A stretch of DNA of 54,109 nt, taken from assembly GCA_009780755.1 (NCBI GenBank), contig WQZL01000001.1:1-54109 (forward strand), read 5' to 3'. This DNA comes from Promicromonosporaceae bacterium. Its GTDB lineage: Bacteria > Actinomycetota > Actinomycetes > Actinomycetales > Cellulomonadaceae. Shown piece after piece: positions 46,637 to 54,109 of the stretch. A program made the position numbers and the translations under genes. The stretch's first letter is position 1; each line of letters begins with the position of its first letter. The notes under the pieces are model-generated. The model was not told the DNA's origin. It was given only the letters and a program-made list of their open reading frames with translations, and did no database searches.

Positions 46637-48748
46637 ATGGTTATCCGCAGGCGTTCTGTTCGACGTTCACAAGTCTCTTTCCGGGCGATTGGTGCTGCCA
46701 CCTTGGCTGTCGCCTTAGCCCTCCCGTTTGCTTCGGCGGTCGCGGCGCCCGTGGCTCCTACCTCTAAGCAAGGCATCGCCACTATTTCCGCAGGCAGCGC
46801 TTGGTTTTCGATGGCGTTGCGTTCCGATGGCTCCCTGTACACCTGGGGAAGCAACGAGTGGGGGCAGTTGGGTGATGGCACCATCACTGGCCGTCATACT
46901 CCGGCGCGGGTGTTGACCGAGGTGACGGCGATTTCCGCGGGCAGCGCACATTCGATGGCATTGCGTTCTGATGGTTCCCTGTACGCCTGGGGGGCTAACT
47001 GGATTGGACAGTTGGGTGATGGCACTACCGCCTCCGGAGTGCCTACTCCGGTGCGGGTGTTGACCGGGGTGACGGCGATTTCCGCCGGCGGCTCACATTC
47101 GATGGCGTTGCGTTCTGATGGCTCCCTGTACGCCTGGGGCACAAACCAGGTGGGGCAGGTGGGTGATGGCACTAACGACATCGGAATACTTACTCCGGTG
47201 CGGGTGTTGACCGGGGTGACGGCGATTTCCGCCGGCGGCTCGCATTCGATGGCATTGCGTTCTGATGGCTCCCTGTACACCTGGGGGGCTAACTGGCGCG
47301 GGCAGGTGGGTGATGGCAGTAACGACTTCGGAATACTTACTCCGGTGCGGGTGTTGACCGGGGTGACGGCGATTTCCGCCGGCGGCTTACACTCGATGGC
47401 GTTGCGTTCTGATGGCTCCTTGTATGCCTGGGGTAGTAACGAATTTGGGCAGTTGGGTGATGGTACTGACGCCCCCGAAAGGCGTACTCCGGTGCGGGTG
47501 TTGACCGGGGTGACGGCGATTTCTGCCGGCGGGCACCATTCGATGGCGTTGCGTTCTGATGGTTCGTTGTACGCCTGGGGAAACAATGAGAGCGGGCAGG
47601 TGGGTGATGGCAGCACCACTGACCGGGCTACTCCGGTGCGGGTGTTGACCGAGGTGACCGCGATTTCTACAAGCATCAGCCATTCGATGGCGTTGCGTTC
47701 TGATGGGTTTGTGTATGCCTGGGGTGGTAACAGGTACGGGGGGTTGGGTGATGGCACCACCGATGACCGGCCTACTCCGGTGCGGGTGCTGGGGCCTGAG
47801 GGTGTTGGTTATCTGAACCTGATGGTTCACCCGATCGCGGTTGACACGGCTCTTGGTGGTACGGCTTTGGCTACACCTGCTGCCGAGGCCGTGGGGAGGC
47901 CGGTGGTACTGACGGCAACACCTGCCGCTGGTCAGCAGTTTGTGCGGTGGGAGGTAACCCCGGACGTGGCATGGGCTACCGGTTCTTCAGCCACGACTAA
48001 CCCGGCAACGCTTGTGATGCCAGCTAGCGCGGTGACGGTAACTCCGGTGTTTGCAGAACTCCCGGCAGCCACGCCAACCCCAACCCCAACCCCGACTCCG
48101 ACCCTGACGCCGCCAACATCTGGGTGGGAGTGCCCGAGTACGGCCAGGTTTACCGATGTTGAAGTTGGTTCTCAGTTCCACTGTCACATTGAGTGGCTGG
48201 CGGCTACCGGGATTACTACTGGTTGGGCTGATGGCACGTTCCGTCCCGGAGCCAACGTAGAACGCCAAGCGATGGCCGCGTTCCTCTACCGGGGCCTAGC
48301 AAACTCGGCCGGGTTTTCCACCCCAGGCACGACAACGTTTAGCGACAAGAACCCAACTGATACGTTCTTCCGTAACGTCGAATGGCTAGCCAGCTCGGGT
48401 ATTACTCGCGGCTGGGACATGGGTACCCACTGGGAGTTTCGTCCGGGGGCTAATGTGGAGCGTCAGGCGATGGCCGCGTTCCTCTATCGAGCGGCTGGCT
48501 CTCCGGTGTTTACCGCCCCTGTTACGGCTACGTTTAGCGACGTCCCGGTAGGTGCAGCGTTCTTCCGAGAGATCGAGTGGCTGTACTCCACCGGCATCAC
48601 CACCGGCTGGGACCTAGGAGAGTTCCGACCCATAGACACAGTAGAACGCCAAGCTATGGCCGCATTCCTCTACCGCGCCTTCAACAACGGCTACCTAAAC
48701 GACACCCACCTCAACCACCCGTTTGGTCCCCTCCCGTTGGTTGAGTAG
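46637..48748 (+). CDS. Secreted RCC1/BLIP-II-like 7-repeat propeller + SLH protein (paralog 2)
   Basis: Same architecture with seven 48-49-aa repeats and a near-identical SLH region. The upstream region (TTGACC...GGGTTAGTTG...ATGGTTATCC) is also duplicated. Confidence 0.9.
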   Translation: MVIRRRSVRRSQVSFRAIGAATLAVALALPFASAVAAPVAPTSKQGIATISAGSAWFSMALRSDGSLYTWGSNEWGQLGDGTITGRHTPARVLTEVTAISAGSAHSMALRSDGSLYAWGANWIGQLGDGTTASGVPTPVRVLTGVTAISAGGSHSMALRSDGSLYAWGTNQVGQVGDGTNDIGILTPVRVLTGVTAISAGGSHSMALRSDGSLYTWGANWRGQVGDGSNDFGILTPVRVLTGVTAISAGGLHSMALRSDGSLYAWGSNEFGQLGDGTDAPERRTPVRVLTGVTAISAGGHHSMALRSDGSLYAWGNNESGQVGDGSTTDRATPVRVLTEVTAISTSISHSMALRSDGFVYAWGGNRYGGLGDGTTDDRPTPVRVLGPEGVGYLNLMVHPIAVDTALGGTALATPAAEAVGRPVVLTATPAAGQQFVRWEVTPDVAWATGSSATTNPATLVMPASAVTVTPVFAELPAATPTPTPTPTPTLTPPTSGWECPSTARFTDVEVGSQFHCHIEWLAATGITTGWADGTFRPGANVERQAMAAFLYRGLANSAGFSTPGTTTFSDKNPTDTFFRNVEWLASSGITRGWDMGTHWEFRPGANVERQAMAAFLYRAAGSPVFTAPVTATFSDVPVGAAFFREIEWLYSTGITTGWDLGEFRPIDTVERQAMAAFLYRAFNNGYLNDTHLNHPFGPLPLVE

Positions 48749-48759
48749 GGCCACCACCG

Positions 48760-49257
48760 CTACGGCGTGTGGTATCCGGCGTTGCGGGCGCGCTCGAAGG
48801 AGCGCTCGATCTCGGCCTCGGCCTCGGCACGGTCCACCCAATGGGCGCCCTCTACCGATTTGCCCGGCTCCAAGTCCTTATACACCTCGAAGAAGTGCTG
48901 AATCTCCAGGCGGTGGAAGTCGGAGACATCGTCGATGTCCTGCCGCCAGGCGGCGCGTTGCTCGTTGGCGGGCACGCACAGCACCTTGTCGTCGCCGCCA
49001 GCCTCATCGCGCATGCGGAACATGCCCAGCGCCCGCGCCTTAATCAGACAACCGGGGAATGTCGGCTCATCCAGCAGCACCATCGCGTCCAGCGGATCGC
49101 CGTCGTCGCCCAGGGTGCCCTCGATGAAGCCATAGTCGGCGGGGTAGCGCGTGGAGGTGAACAGCATCCGGTCGAGCCGGATGCGGCCGGTGTGATGATC
49201 CACCTCGTACTTGTTGCGCTGCCCCTTGGGAATCTCGATGGTGACGTCGAACTCCAC
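48760..49257 (-). CDS. ppa: Inorganic pyrophosphatase
   Basis: [33 protein letters not shown] and [10 protein letters not shown] motifs. Confidence 0.98.
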   Translation of the reverse strand: MEFDVTIEIPKGQRNKYEVDHHTGRIRLDRMLFTSTRYPADYGFIEGTLGDDGDPLDAMVLLDEPTFPGCLIKARALGMFRMRDEAGGDDKVLCVPANEQRAAWRQDIDDVSDFHRLEIQHFFEVYKDLEPGKSVEGAHWVDRAEAEAEIERSFERARNAGYHTP

Positions 49258-49412
49258 GATTGCTCCTTAAGCGTGATCTTGTGGGACAAGTCTGCCACGC
49301 CCCGTAAAGATTCGGTGTACCTTTCGGCGCCGAATAACGGCTCCCGACGTGCCACGACGTAACATCGTTGCGGGAAGTGTTAGAACCTTAGGTCACGAGG
49401 GAAGGACAGACG

Positions 49413-50876
49413 ATGGGTTGGCGCGGACGAGCCACTGCGGCCACGCTGACCTTTAGCGTGCTTATCGGCGGTTATCTGGTACTCGATGCGCATGACGTGG
49501 TGCCTGGAATCCTCACGCTGGCGCCGCCACCGCCGCAGCCCGCGCCGTTTCCCACCGCTCTGGCCGCCACCATCGGCCCAGAACCGGTTTCCGTGCTGCC
49601 TCGGCTGCCGGAAGATGCGCCGGTTCCCGATTCTGGCGATGTGCAGATAATGGTCCGGGCCTTGGCCTCCGAGGAGCGGCTGGGTGAACGAGTTGGTGTC
49701 ATCGTTATCGACGCGCTCACCGGTGACGTGTTGGGTTCGGCGGCGCCATACTCACAGTTCGCTCCGGCCTCGACTCAGAAGATTCTGACTGCGGTGGCCG
49801 TCCACAATGAGCTGGACGTGGAGTCAACGCTGGATACCGTGGCGATGTTGGATCGGACCAACCGGGTGACACTCGTGGGCGGCGGAGACATGCTGCTCGC
49901 CGCCGGAGCGGGCGACCCAGCGGCGATCAACGGGCGAGCCGGACTCGGCGATCTCGCCGATCAGGTGGCCGGGAGGCTCCGCGAGGCGGGCGTCACCGCC
50001 ATCCTGCTCAGCTACGAGGATTCGATGTTTACCGGGCCGACGGTGGCCGCCGCCGTGCCAGCCGTCGATGTGGCCTCGGGACACATCGCCCCCGTCGCCT
50101 CCCTGGCGGTCAATGTGGCCGCCAAGGGAGATGAGCCGCGCGGCCCCCGCTACCCCGACCCAGCGTTGAATGCCGCCGAGGTATTCGCCTCCCAGCTGCG
50201 ACAACGAGGCATTCGGGTTTCCGACCGAATTGAGCCATCTCAGCCAGCGGAGGATGCCATCGAGATCGGCCGGGTGCATTCGGCGACGCTGCGCGAGATT
50301 TCCGCCTGGACCCAACTGCGCTCGGACAACACGCTCACCGAGGTACTCGGCAGGCTGGTAGCCATCGAGATGGGGCACCCCGCCACCGGCGAAGACGCCC
50401 TGAACGCCGTACTCGAATCCCTGGAGTCGCTGGGCATCAACACATCTGCCGCCGCCCTGGTTGACCTATCGGGGCTGGGACGCGGCTCGCTCATCTCGCC
50501 GAGGCTGCTCGCGGATATTACGCTGGCAACGCTCAACCCGGAACACCCGCACCTGCGGGATGTGTTCACCGACATGCCCATCTGTGGGCTGAGCGGCACG
50601 TTGGCCCTGCGCTGCCCCAACGATAATCCGGCCCTCGGAGTGACCAGGGCCAAGACCGGCTCGCTGCCGGGTGTGCGCGGGTTGGTGGGCACGGTGATGA
50701 CGAGCGATGATCGCCTGCTGGTATTCGCCATCAACGCCGATGAGATACCGGTCGCCAGCCTGTTCGGGGCGACGATCATGTATGACCTGTTTGTCGGCCA
50801 ACTGGCCGCCTTTGACAGCCCGGACTGGCCCCCGCCGCCAGCCGAAGACGACGGCGAGGAGACTGGCGATGACTAA
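49413..50876 (+). CDS. dacB: D-alanyl-D-alanine carboxypeptidase/endopeptidase (PBP4, peptidase S13)
   Basis: PASTQK (SxxK), SDN (SxN) and AKTGSL (KTG) motifs; ppa-dacB synteny. Confidence 0.94.
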   Translation: MGWRGRATAATLTFSVLIGGYLVLDAHDVVPGILTLAPPPPQPAPFPTALAATIGPEPVSVLPRLPEDAPVPDSGDVQIMVRALASEERLGERVGVIVIDALTGDVLGSAAPYSQFAPASTQKILTAVAVHNELDVESTLDTVAMLDRTNRVTLVGGGDMLLAAGAGDPAAINGRAGLGDLADQVAGRLREAGVTAILLSYEDSMFTGPTVAAAVPAVDVASGHIAPVASLAVNVAAKGDEPRGPRYPDPALNAAEVFASQLRQRGIRVSDRIEPSQPAEDAIEIGRVHSATLREISAWTQLRSDNTLTEVLGRLVAIEMGHPATGEDALNAVLESLESLGINTSAAALVDLSGLGRGSLISPRLLADITLATLNPEHPHLRDVFTDMPICGLSGTLALRCPNDNPALGVTRAKTGSLPGVRGLVGTVMTSDDRLLVFAINADEIPVASLFGATIMYDLFVGQLAAFDSPDWPPPPAEDDGEETGDD

Positions 50877-51993
50877 GCACAGGCCCAAGGCGTGCCCGGT
50901 GCACGAGCCGACGCCAGAGGAGGTAGCCGCCGGGGTTGAAATGGTTGATTGGCAGGCCGCCGCCGAGTTCGCGGCCCGCGTCGCCCCACCCGGCCCGATT
51001 GCCACCCACGCCGAACTGAGCGACCTAGTAGCTGGCCTGCGCCAAGCAGCGGCCACGGCCATCGACCCGGTTCTCGCCACCACCCAAATGACCCCAGTGA
51101 CGGGGTTTAGCCCGGTTTACGTGGTGGATCGCGCCCGCTGGGTGGAGGCAAACACGCAGATGATGGCGGCCATGACGGCCCCGCTTGCGCAATCGTTGGC
51201 CGCGCACCAATCGAAGCCCACGCAGGCAACCCAACTGGTCAGCGGCCTACAGGCGGGCGCCCTCCTGGCCGCCCTCTCCTCTCGCGTGCTTGGCCAGTTC
51301 GACCCGTATGCCGCAGCCGATGGTCGCCTGCTGCTCGTGGCCCCGAATGTATTGCGGAATGAACGGCAAATGGGGGTGGACCCGCACGATTTCCGGCTGT
51401 GGGTGTGCCTGCATGAGCAGACCCATGCGCTTCAGTTTGCTGCCGCGCCGTGGCTGGCCGAACACATGCAGGGCCGCATCGGTGAACTGATGTCTGGCAT
51501 AGTCGGCGATGCGCTAGCTAGGTCGCAGGCGCCGCTGCGGGAGCGGCTTGCTCTGGCGTGGCGAACCCTCACGGGTGTACTCACGGGGGTGTTCCGCGCC
51601 GATGGCCCGGCGCCATTCGAGCGGCTGATGACTCCCGAGCAGCGCGCCGAGCTGGCGGAGATCACCGCCGTGATGGCGTTGCTGGAGGGCCATGCCGATG
51701 TAATCATGGACGATGTCGGGCCATCCGTGGTGCCGTCCGTGGCGCAGATTCGCGCCAAGTTTGAGAAACGACGGGATGGGGAGGGCGCCTCGCGAGCCGA
51801 TGCGCTGCTGCGGCGCCTGATCGGCATGGATGCGAAGCTGGCGCAGTATCGCGATGGCGCCATGTTCGTGCGAGGTGTTGAGGAGCGGGTAGGTCGCGAG
51901 GGATTCAACGCCATCTGGGCCTCTCCCGACACGCTGCCTCGGGCTGCCGAGATCGCCGATCCCGCCGCCTGGATCACCCGCCTCGGCGGTTGA
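50869..51993 (+). CDS. Zinc-dependent metalloprotease (Rv3626c-like)
   Basis: VLGQFDP, WVCLHEQTH (HExxH), LLEGHAD and KLAQY motifs; located between dacB and tilS. Confidence 0.9.
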   Translation: MTKHRPKACPVHEPTPEEVAAGVEMVDWQAAAEFAARVAPPGPIATHAELSDLVAGLRQAAATAIDPVLATTQMTPVTGFSPVYVVDRARWVEANTQMMAAMTAPLAQSLAAHQSKPTQATQLVSGLQAGALLAALSSRVLGQFDPYAAADGRLLLVAPNVLRNERQMGVDPHDFRLWVCLHEQTHALQFAAAPWLAEHMQGRIGELMSGIVGDALARSQAPLRERLALAWRTLTGVLTGVFRADGPAPFERLMTPEQRAELAEITAVMALLEGHADVIMDDVGPSVVPSVAQIRAKFEKRRDGEGASRADALLRRLIGMDAKLAQYRDGAMFVRGVEERVGREGFNAIWASPDTLPRAAEIADPAAWITRLGG

Positions 51994-52012
51994 GCCTGAC
52001 GGAGCCATCCAT

Positions 52013-53161
52013 ATGAAGGCCAGCTTTGTCGAAGTAGCCGCCGTGCGGCTTGCCGTCCAGCGGCAGCTGGCCGCGCTGGCGCTCGCCCCGAATGACCTCG
52101 TTTTGGTGGCCTGCTCTGGCGGGGCCGATTCGCTGGCGCTCGCCTCGGGGCTGGCCTATGAGGCCAACCGAGTGGGCCGTTCGACGCGCAGCAAGGGTTT
52201 TGCGATCCGGGCGGGTGCCGTCATCGTAGATCATGGCCTACAACTCGGTTCGGCCGAGGTGGCCACCGCGACGGCGACCCGCTGCCGAGCGTTGGGCCTA
52301 GACCCGGTGCTGGTGCGACGGGTGTCGGTGCCGCAGGAGTCTGGTGGGGCCGGCCCCGAAGGGTCGGCGCGAGCCGCCCGCTACGCGGCATTGGCTGCGG
52401 TGGCGACCGCTTTGGAGGTCAAGGCCGTGCTGTTGGGTCACACCCTTGACGATCAGGCCGAACAGGTGCTGCTCGGCCTGGCACGGGGGAGTGGAGCGCG
52501 GGCGCTGGCCGGAATCCCGGCCGCTCGCGGTCTCTATCGTCGCCCGCTACTGGGCCTGCGTCGCGTAGAGCTTCGCGCAGCGTGCGCCGCCCAAGGTTTG
52601 ACCTGGTGGGACGACCCCACGAATGACCTGCCGGAAGCGTTGGCCGCAGGTGTTCCCCTGCGCACCCGCGTCCGCCATGAGCTGTTGCCCGCCTTGGAGC
52701 AGGTACTCGGCCCCGGTGCCGCAGAATCGTTGGCGCGCTCGGCAAATCAGCTTCGCGACGATGCCAACGCCCTAGACGAGCTGGCAATTGAATTGCTGGC
52801 AGCCGCCACCATTTCCGCGTCATCCTGCGCGAGCGTCAGCTTCCCCACGTCATCCTGCGCGAGCGTCAGCTTCCCCACGTCATCCTGCGCGAGCGTCAGC
52901 GAGTCGCAGGACCCAGACATCCCGCCGCTTGCCCTCCACCTCCCCACCCTGGTCGCCGCTCCGCGGGCCATCCGCACGCGCGCGCTGCGCCTCGCGGCCC
53001 TGGCTGTCGGCGCCCCCGCGTCGGCCCTAAACCACCGTCACGTTGCCGCACTCGAAGCCCTTGCATCAGATTGGGCCGGACAAGGCGACACATTTTTGCC
53101 ATCGGGGGCGAGTGCGGGTCGAGAGTGTGACACGCTTTGGTTTCGCCGGGGGCCGGAGTAG
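52013..53161 (+). CDS. tilS: tRNA(Ile)-lysidine synthetase
   Basis: VACSGGADS PP-loop, VDHGL, ARAARY, GHTLDDQAE, RPLL and DPTN motifs; contains a repeat-derived insertion. Confidence 0.95.
   Translation: MKASFVEVAAVRLAVQRQLAALALAPNDLVLVACSGGADSLALASGLAYEANRVGRSTRSKGFAIRAGAVIVDHGLQLGSAEVATATATRCRALGLDPVLVRRVSVPQESGGAGPEGSARAARYAALAAVATALEVKAVLLGHTLDDQAEQVLLGLARGSGARALAGIPAARGLYRRPLLGLRRVELRAACAAQGLTWWDDPTNDLPEALAAGVPLRTRVRHELLPALEQVLGPGAAESLARSANQLRDDANALDELAIELLAAATISASSCASVSFPTSSCASVSFPTSSCASVSESQDPDIPPLALHLPTLVAAPRAIRTRALRLAALAVGAPASALNHRHVAALEALASDWAGQGDTFLPSGASAGRECDTLWFRRGPE
52818..52915 (+). repeat. CGTC-REP insertion with 30-bp tandem amplification inside tilS
   Basis: CGTCATCCTGCGCGAGCGTCAGCTTCCCCA x2, then a full unit CGTCATCCTGCGCGAGCGTCAGCGAGTCGCAGGACCCA. 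Confidence 0.88.
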
Positions 53162-53193
53162 CCGCGCCCTATCGATCCTCATAAGGAGTACAA

Positions 53194-53745
53194 GTGGACC
53201 ACTCTGACGTTGCCGCCGATCTGACTAACGTGCTGCTCACCCAAGAGCAGATTCAAGCCCGGTTGGCCGAGCTGGCCGCAGAGATTGACCGCGATTATGC
53301 CGACCGCGACGTGCTGCTGGTGGGCGTACTCAAGGGTGCGGTGATGGCGATGGCCGACCTGTCGCGCCTGCTGCACATTCATGCGGAAATGGACTGGATG
53401 GCGGTTTCCAGTTACGGCAGCGGCACCAAGTCGAGCGGTGTGGTGCGGATTCTCAAGGATTTGGATGCGGACCTGACCGGTCGTCATGTGATGATCGTCG
53501 AGGACATCATCGACTCGGGCCTGACGCTGTCGTGGCTGGCAGCGAACTTGCGTTCGCGCGGTCCGGCTTCGGTAGAGATTGCCACCGTACTCCGCAAGCC
53601 GGATGCGGCCAAGGTGGAGGTGGATGTCAAGTACGTCGGCTTCGACATCCCCAACGCCTTTGTGGTCGGCTACGGCCTCGACTACGCCGAAAAGTACCGC
53701 AACCTCCCCTTCATCGGCACCCTAGCCCCCCACGTCTACTCCTGA
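53194..53745 (+). CDS. hpt: Hypoxanthine phosphoribosyltransferase
   Basis: [23 protein letters not shown] and FVVGYGLDY motifs. Confidence 0.98.
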   Translation: MDHSDVAADLTNVLLTQEQIQARLAELAAEIDRDYADRDVLLVGVLKGAVMAMADLSRLLHIHAEMDWMAVSSYGSGTKSSGVVRILKDLDADLTGRHVMIVEDIIDSGLTLSWLAANLRSRGPASVEIATVLRKPDAAKVEVDVKYVGFDIPNAFVVGYGLDYAEKYRNLPFIGTLAPHVYS

Positions 53746-53795
53746 GGGTCTGCTGGACGCTTTGGAATAAACACAAGCGCCCATCGATACCCATC

Positions 53796-53866
53796 CGCAG
53801 AACCTAGACCCGGCGGTGGTTGTTAACTCTGGGTTCTGCGACTCGCTGGCGCTCGCGCAGAATGAC
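53796..53866. repeat. CGTC-family REP (partial left arm + full right unit)
   Basis: The reverse complement of 53829-53866 matches the tilS unit at 35/38 nt. Confidence 0.85.
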
Positions 53867-53889
53867 AATGGAATTCATTTCGCGGATTA

Positions 53890-53978
53890 GTGGTTGAGCA
53901 GACCTCGGTGGTTGAGTAGGAGCGAGGTACGAGCGACGTGTCGAAACCACCACTACCGCTGCATGGGGTGGTTTCGAT
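53890..53978. repeat. Second REP-like family (TGGTTGAGTAG...TCGAAACCAC/GTGGTTTCGA)
   Basis: TGGTTGAG occurs twice, followed by the inverted pair TCGAAACCACC / GGTGGTTTCGA. TGGTTGAGTAGG also occurs at 48738-48749. Confidence 0.6.
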
Positions 53979-54030
53979 TTGTTTGCGGGTGGCTCGAATT
54001 GAAGTCGGGGAAAGTGGTTGGTGGTATCTC

Positions 54031-54059
54031 TTGCGTGTCGTGTTGGACGGGCGTATAAT
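54031..54059 (+). promoter_or_regulatory. SigA-type promoter
   Basis: TTGCGT (54031-54036), 17-nt spacer, TATAAT (54054-54059), with ATG 6 nt downstream. Confidence 0.7.
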
Positions 54060-54065
54060 TGGGGT

Positions 54066-54109
54066 ATGGAAACCATCCGGAATCCCCAGCCAGTCAGTGC
54101 GTTGTGTGT
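54066..54109 (+). CDS. 5' end of a leaderless CDS running off the window (METIRNPQPVSALC...)
   Basis: ATG at the predicted transcription start of the consensus promoter; frame open to the edge. Confidence 0.45.
   Translation, partial: METIRNPQPVSALC

Noticed and set aside
44550..47760. Long repetitive antisense ORFs (44550-45494, 46894-47760) and other shadow ORFs such as 13312-14010 and 30083-30958
   Set aside because: They mirror real + strand genes; stop-poor antisense frames are expected in high-GC DNA.
44524..47790. Diversity-generating retroelement acting on the RCC1 repeats
   Set aside because: No reverse transcriptase or non-coding template repeat in the window; the variation includes indels and is not evidently adenine-restricted.

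Overview
High-GC actinobacterial chromosome segment; gene content and order suggest Micrococcales (inference). The housekeeping backbone comprises yajQ, tRNA-Tyr/Thr/Met, tRNA-Ser, map, serS, pncA, metG-tatD-rsmA-ispE, truA, an OmpR-type two-component pair, metY-metX and ppa / dacB-zinc protease-tilS-hpt. Accessory material is interleaved. (1) A five-gene operon (13307-20006) looks like a SipW/TasA-type surface fibre with a 1040-aa tip adhesin, minor subunits, a major subunit and a sortase-anchored base. It has no sipW in the window and shows a possible beta-hairpin donor-complementation link between adaptor and adhesin; this is the best candidate for an undescribed system. (2) An AbiEi-like/DUF559-like nuclease gene is bracketed by its own family of palindromic repeats. 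(3) Two tandem RCC1-propeller/SLH surface proteins have conserved frameworks and hypervariable patches. (4) A leaderless MFCRMCS leader peptide with alternative hairpins lies upstream of metY-metX. (5) A ~0.9-kb gene-free region holds a DnaA-box cluster and a candidate structured ncRNA. (6) Several REP-like palindrome families occur, two of them inserted in frame in housekeeping genes (Cof-type HAD hydrolase, tilS). No CRISPR array, integrase, transposase or reverse transcriptase was recognised. All family calls come from motif recognition by eye, not database searches, and many start codons were re-picked from RBS or -10 evidence.
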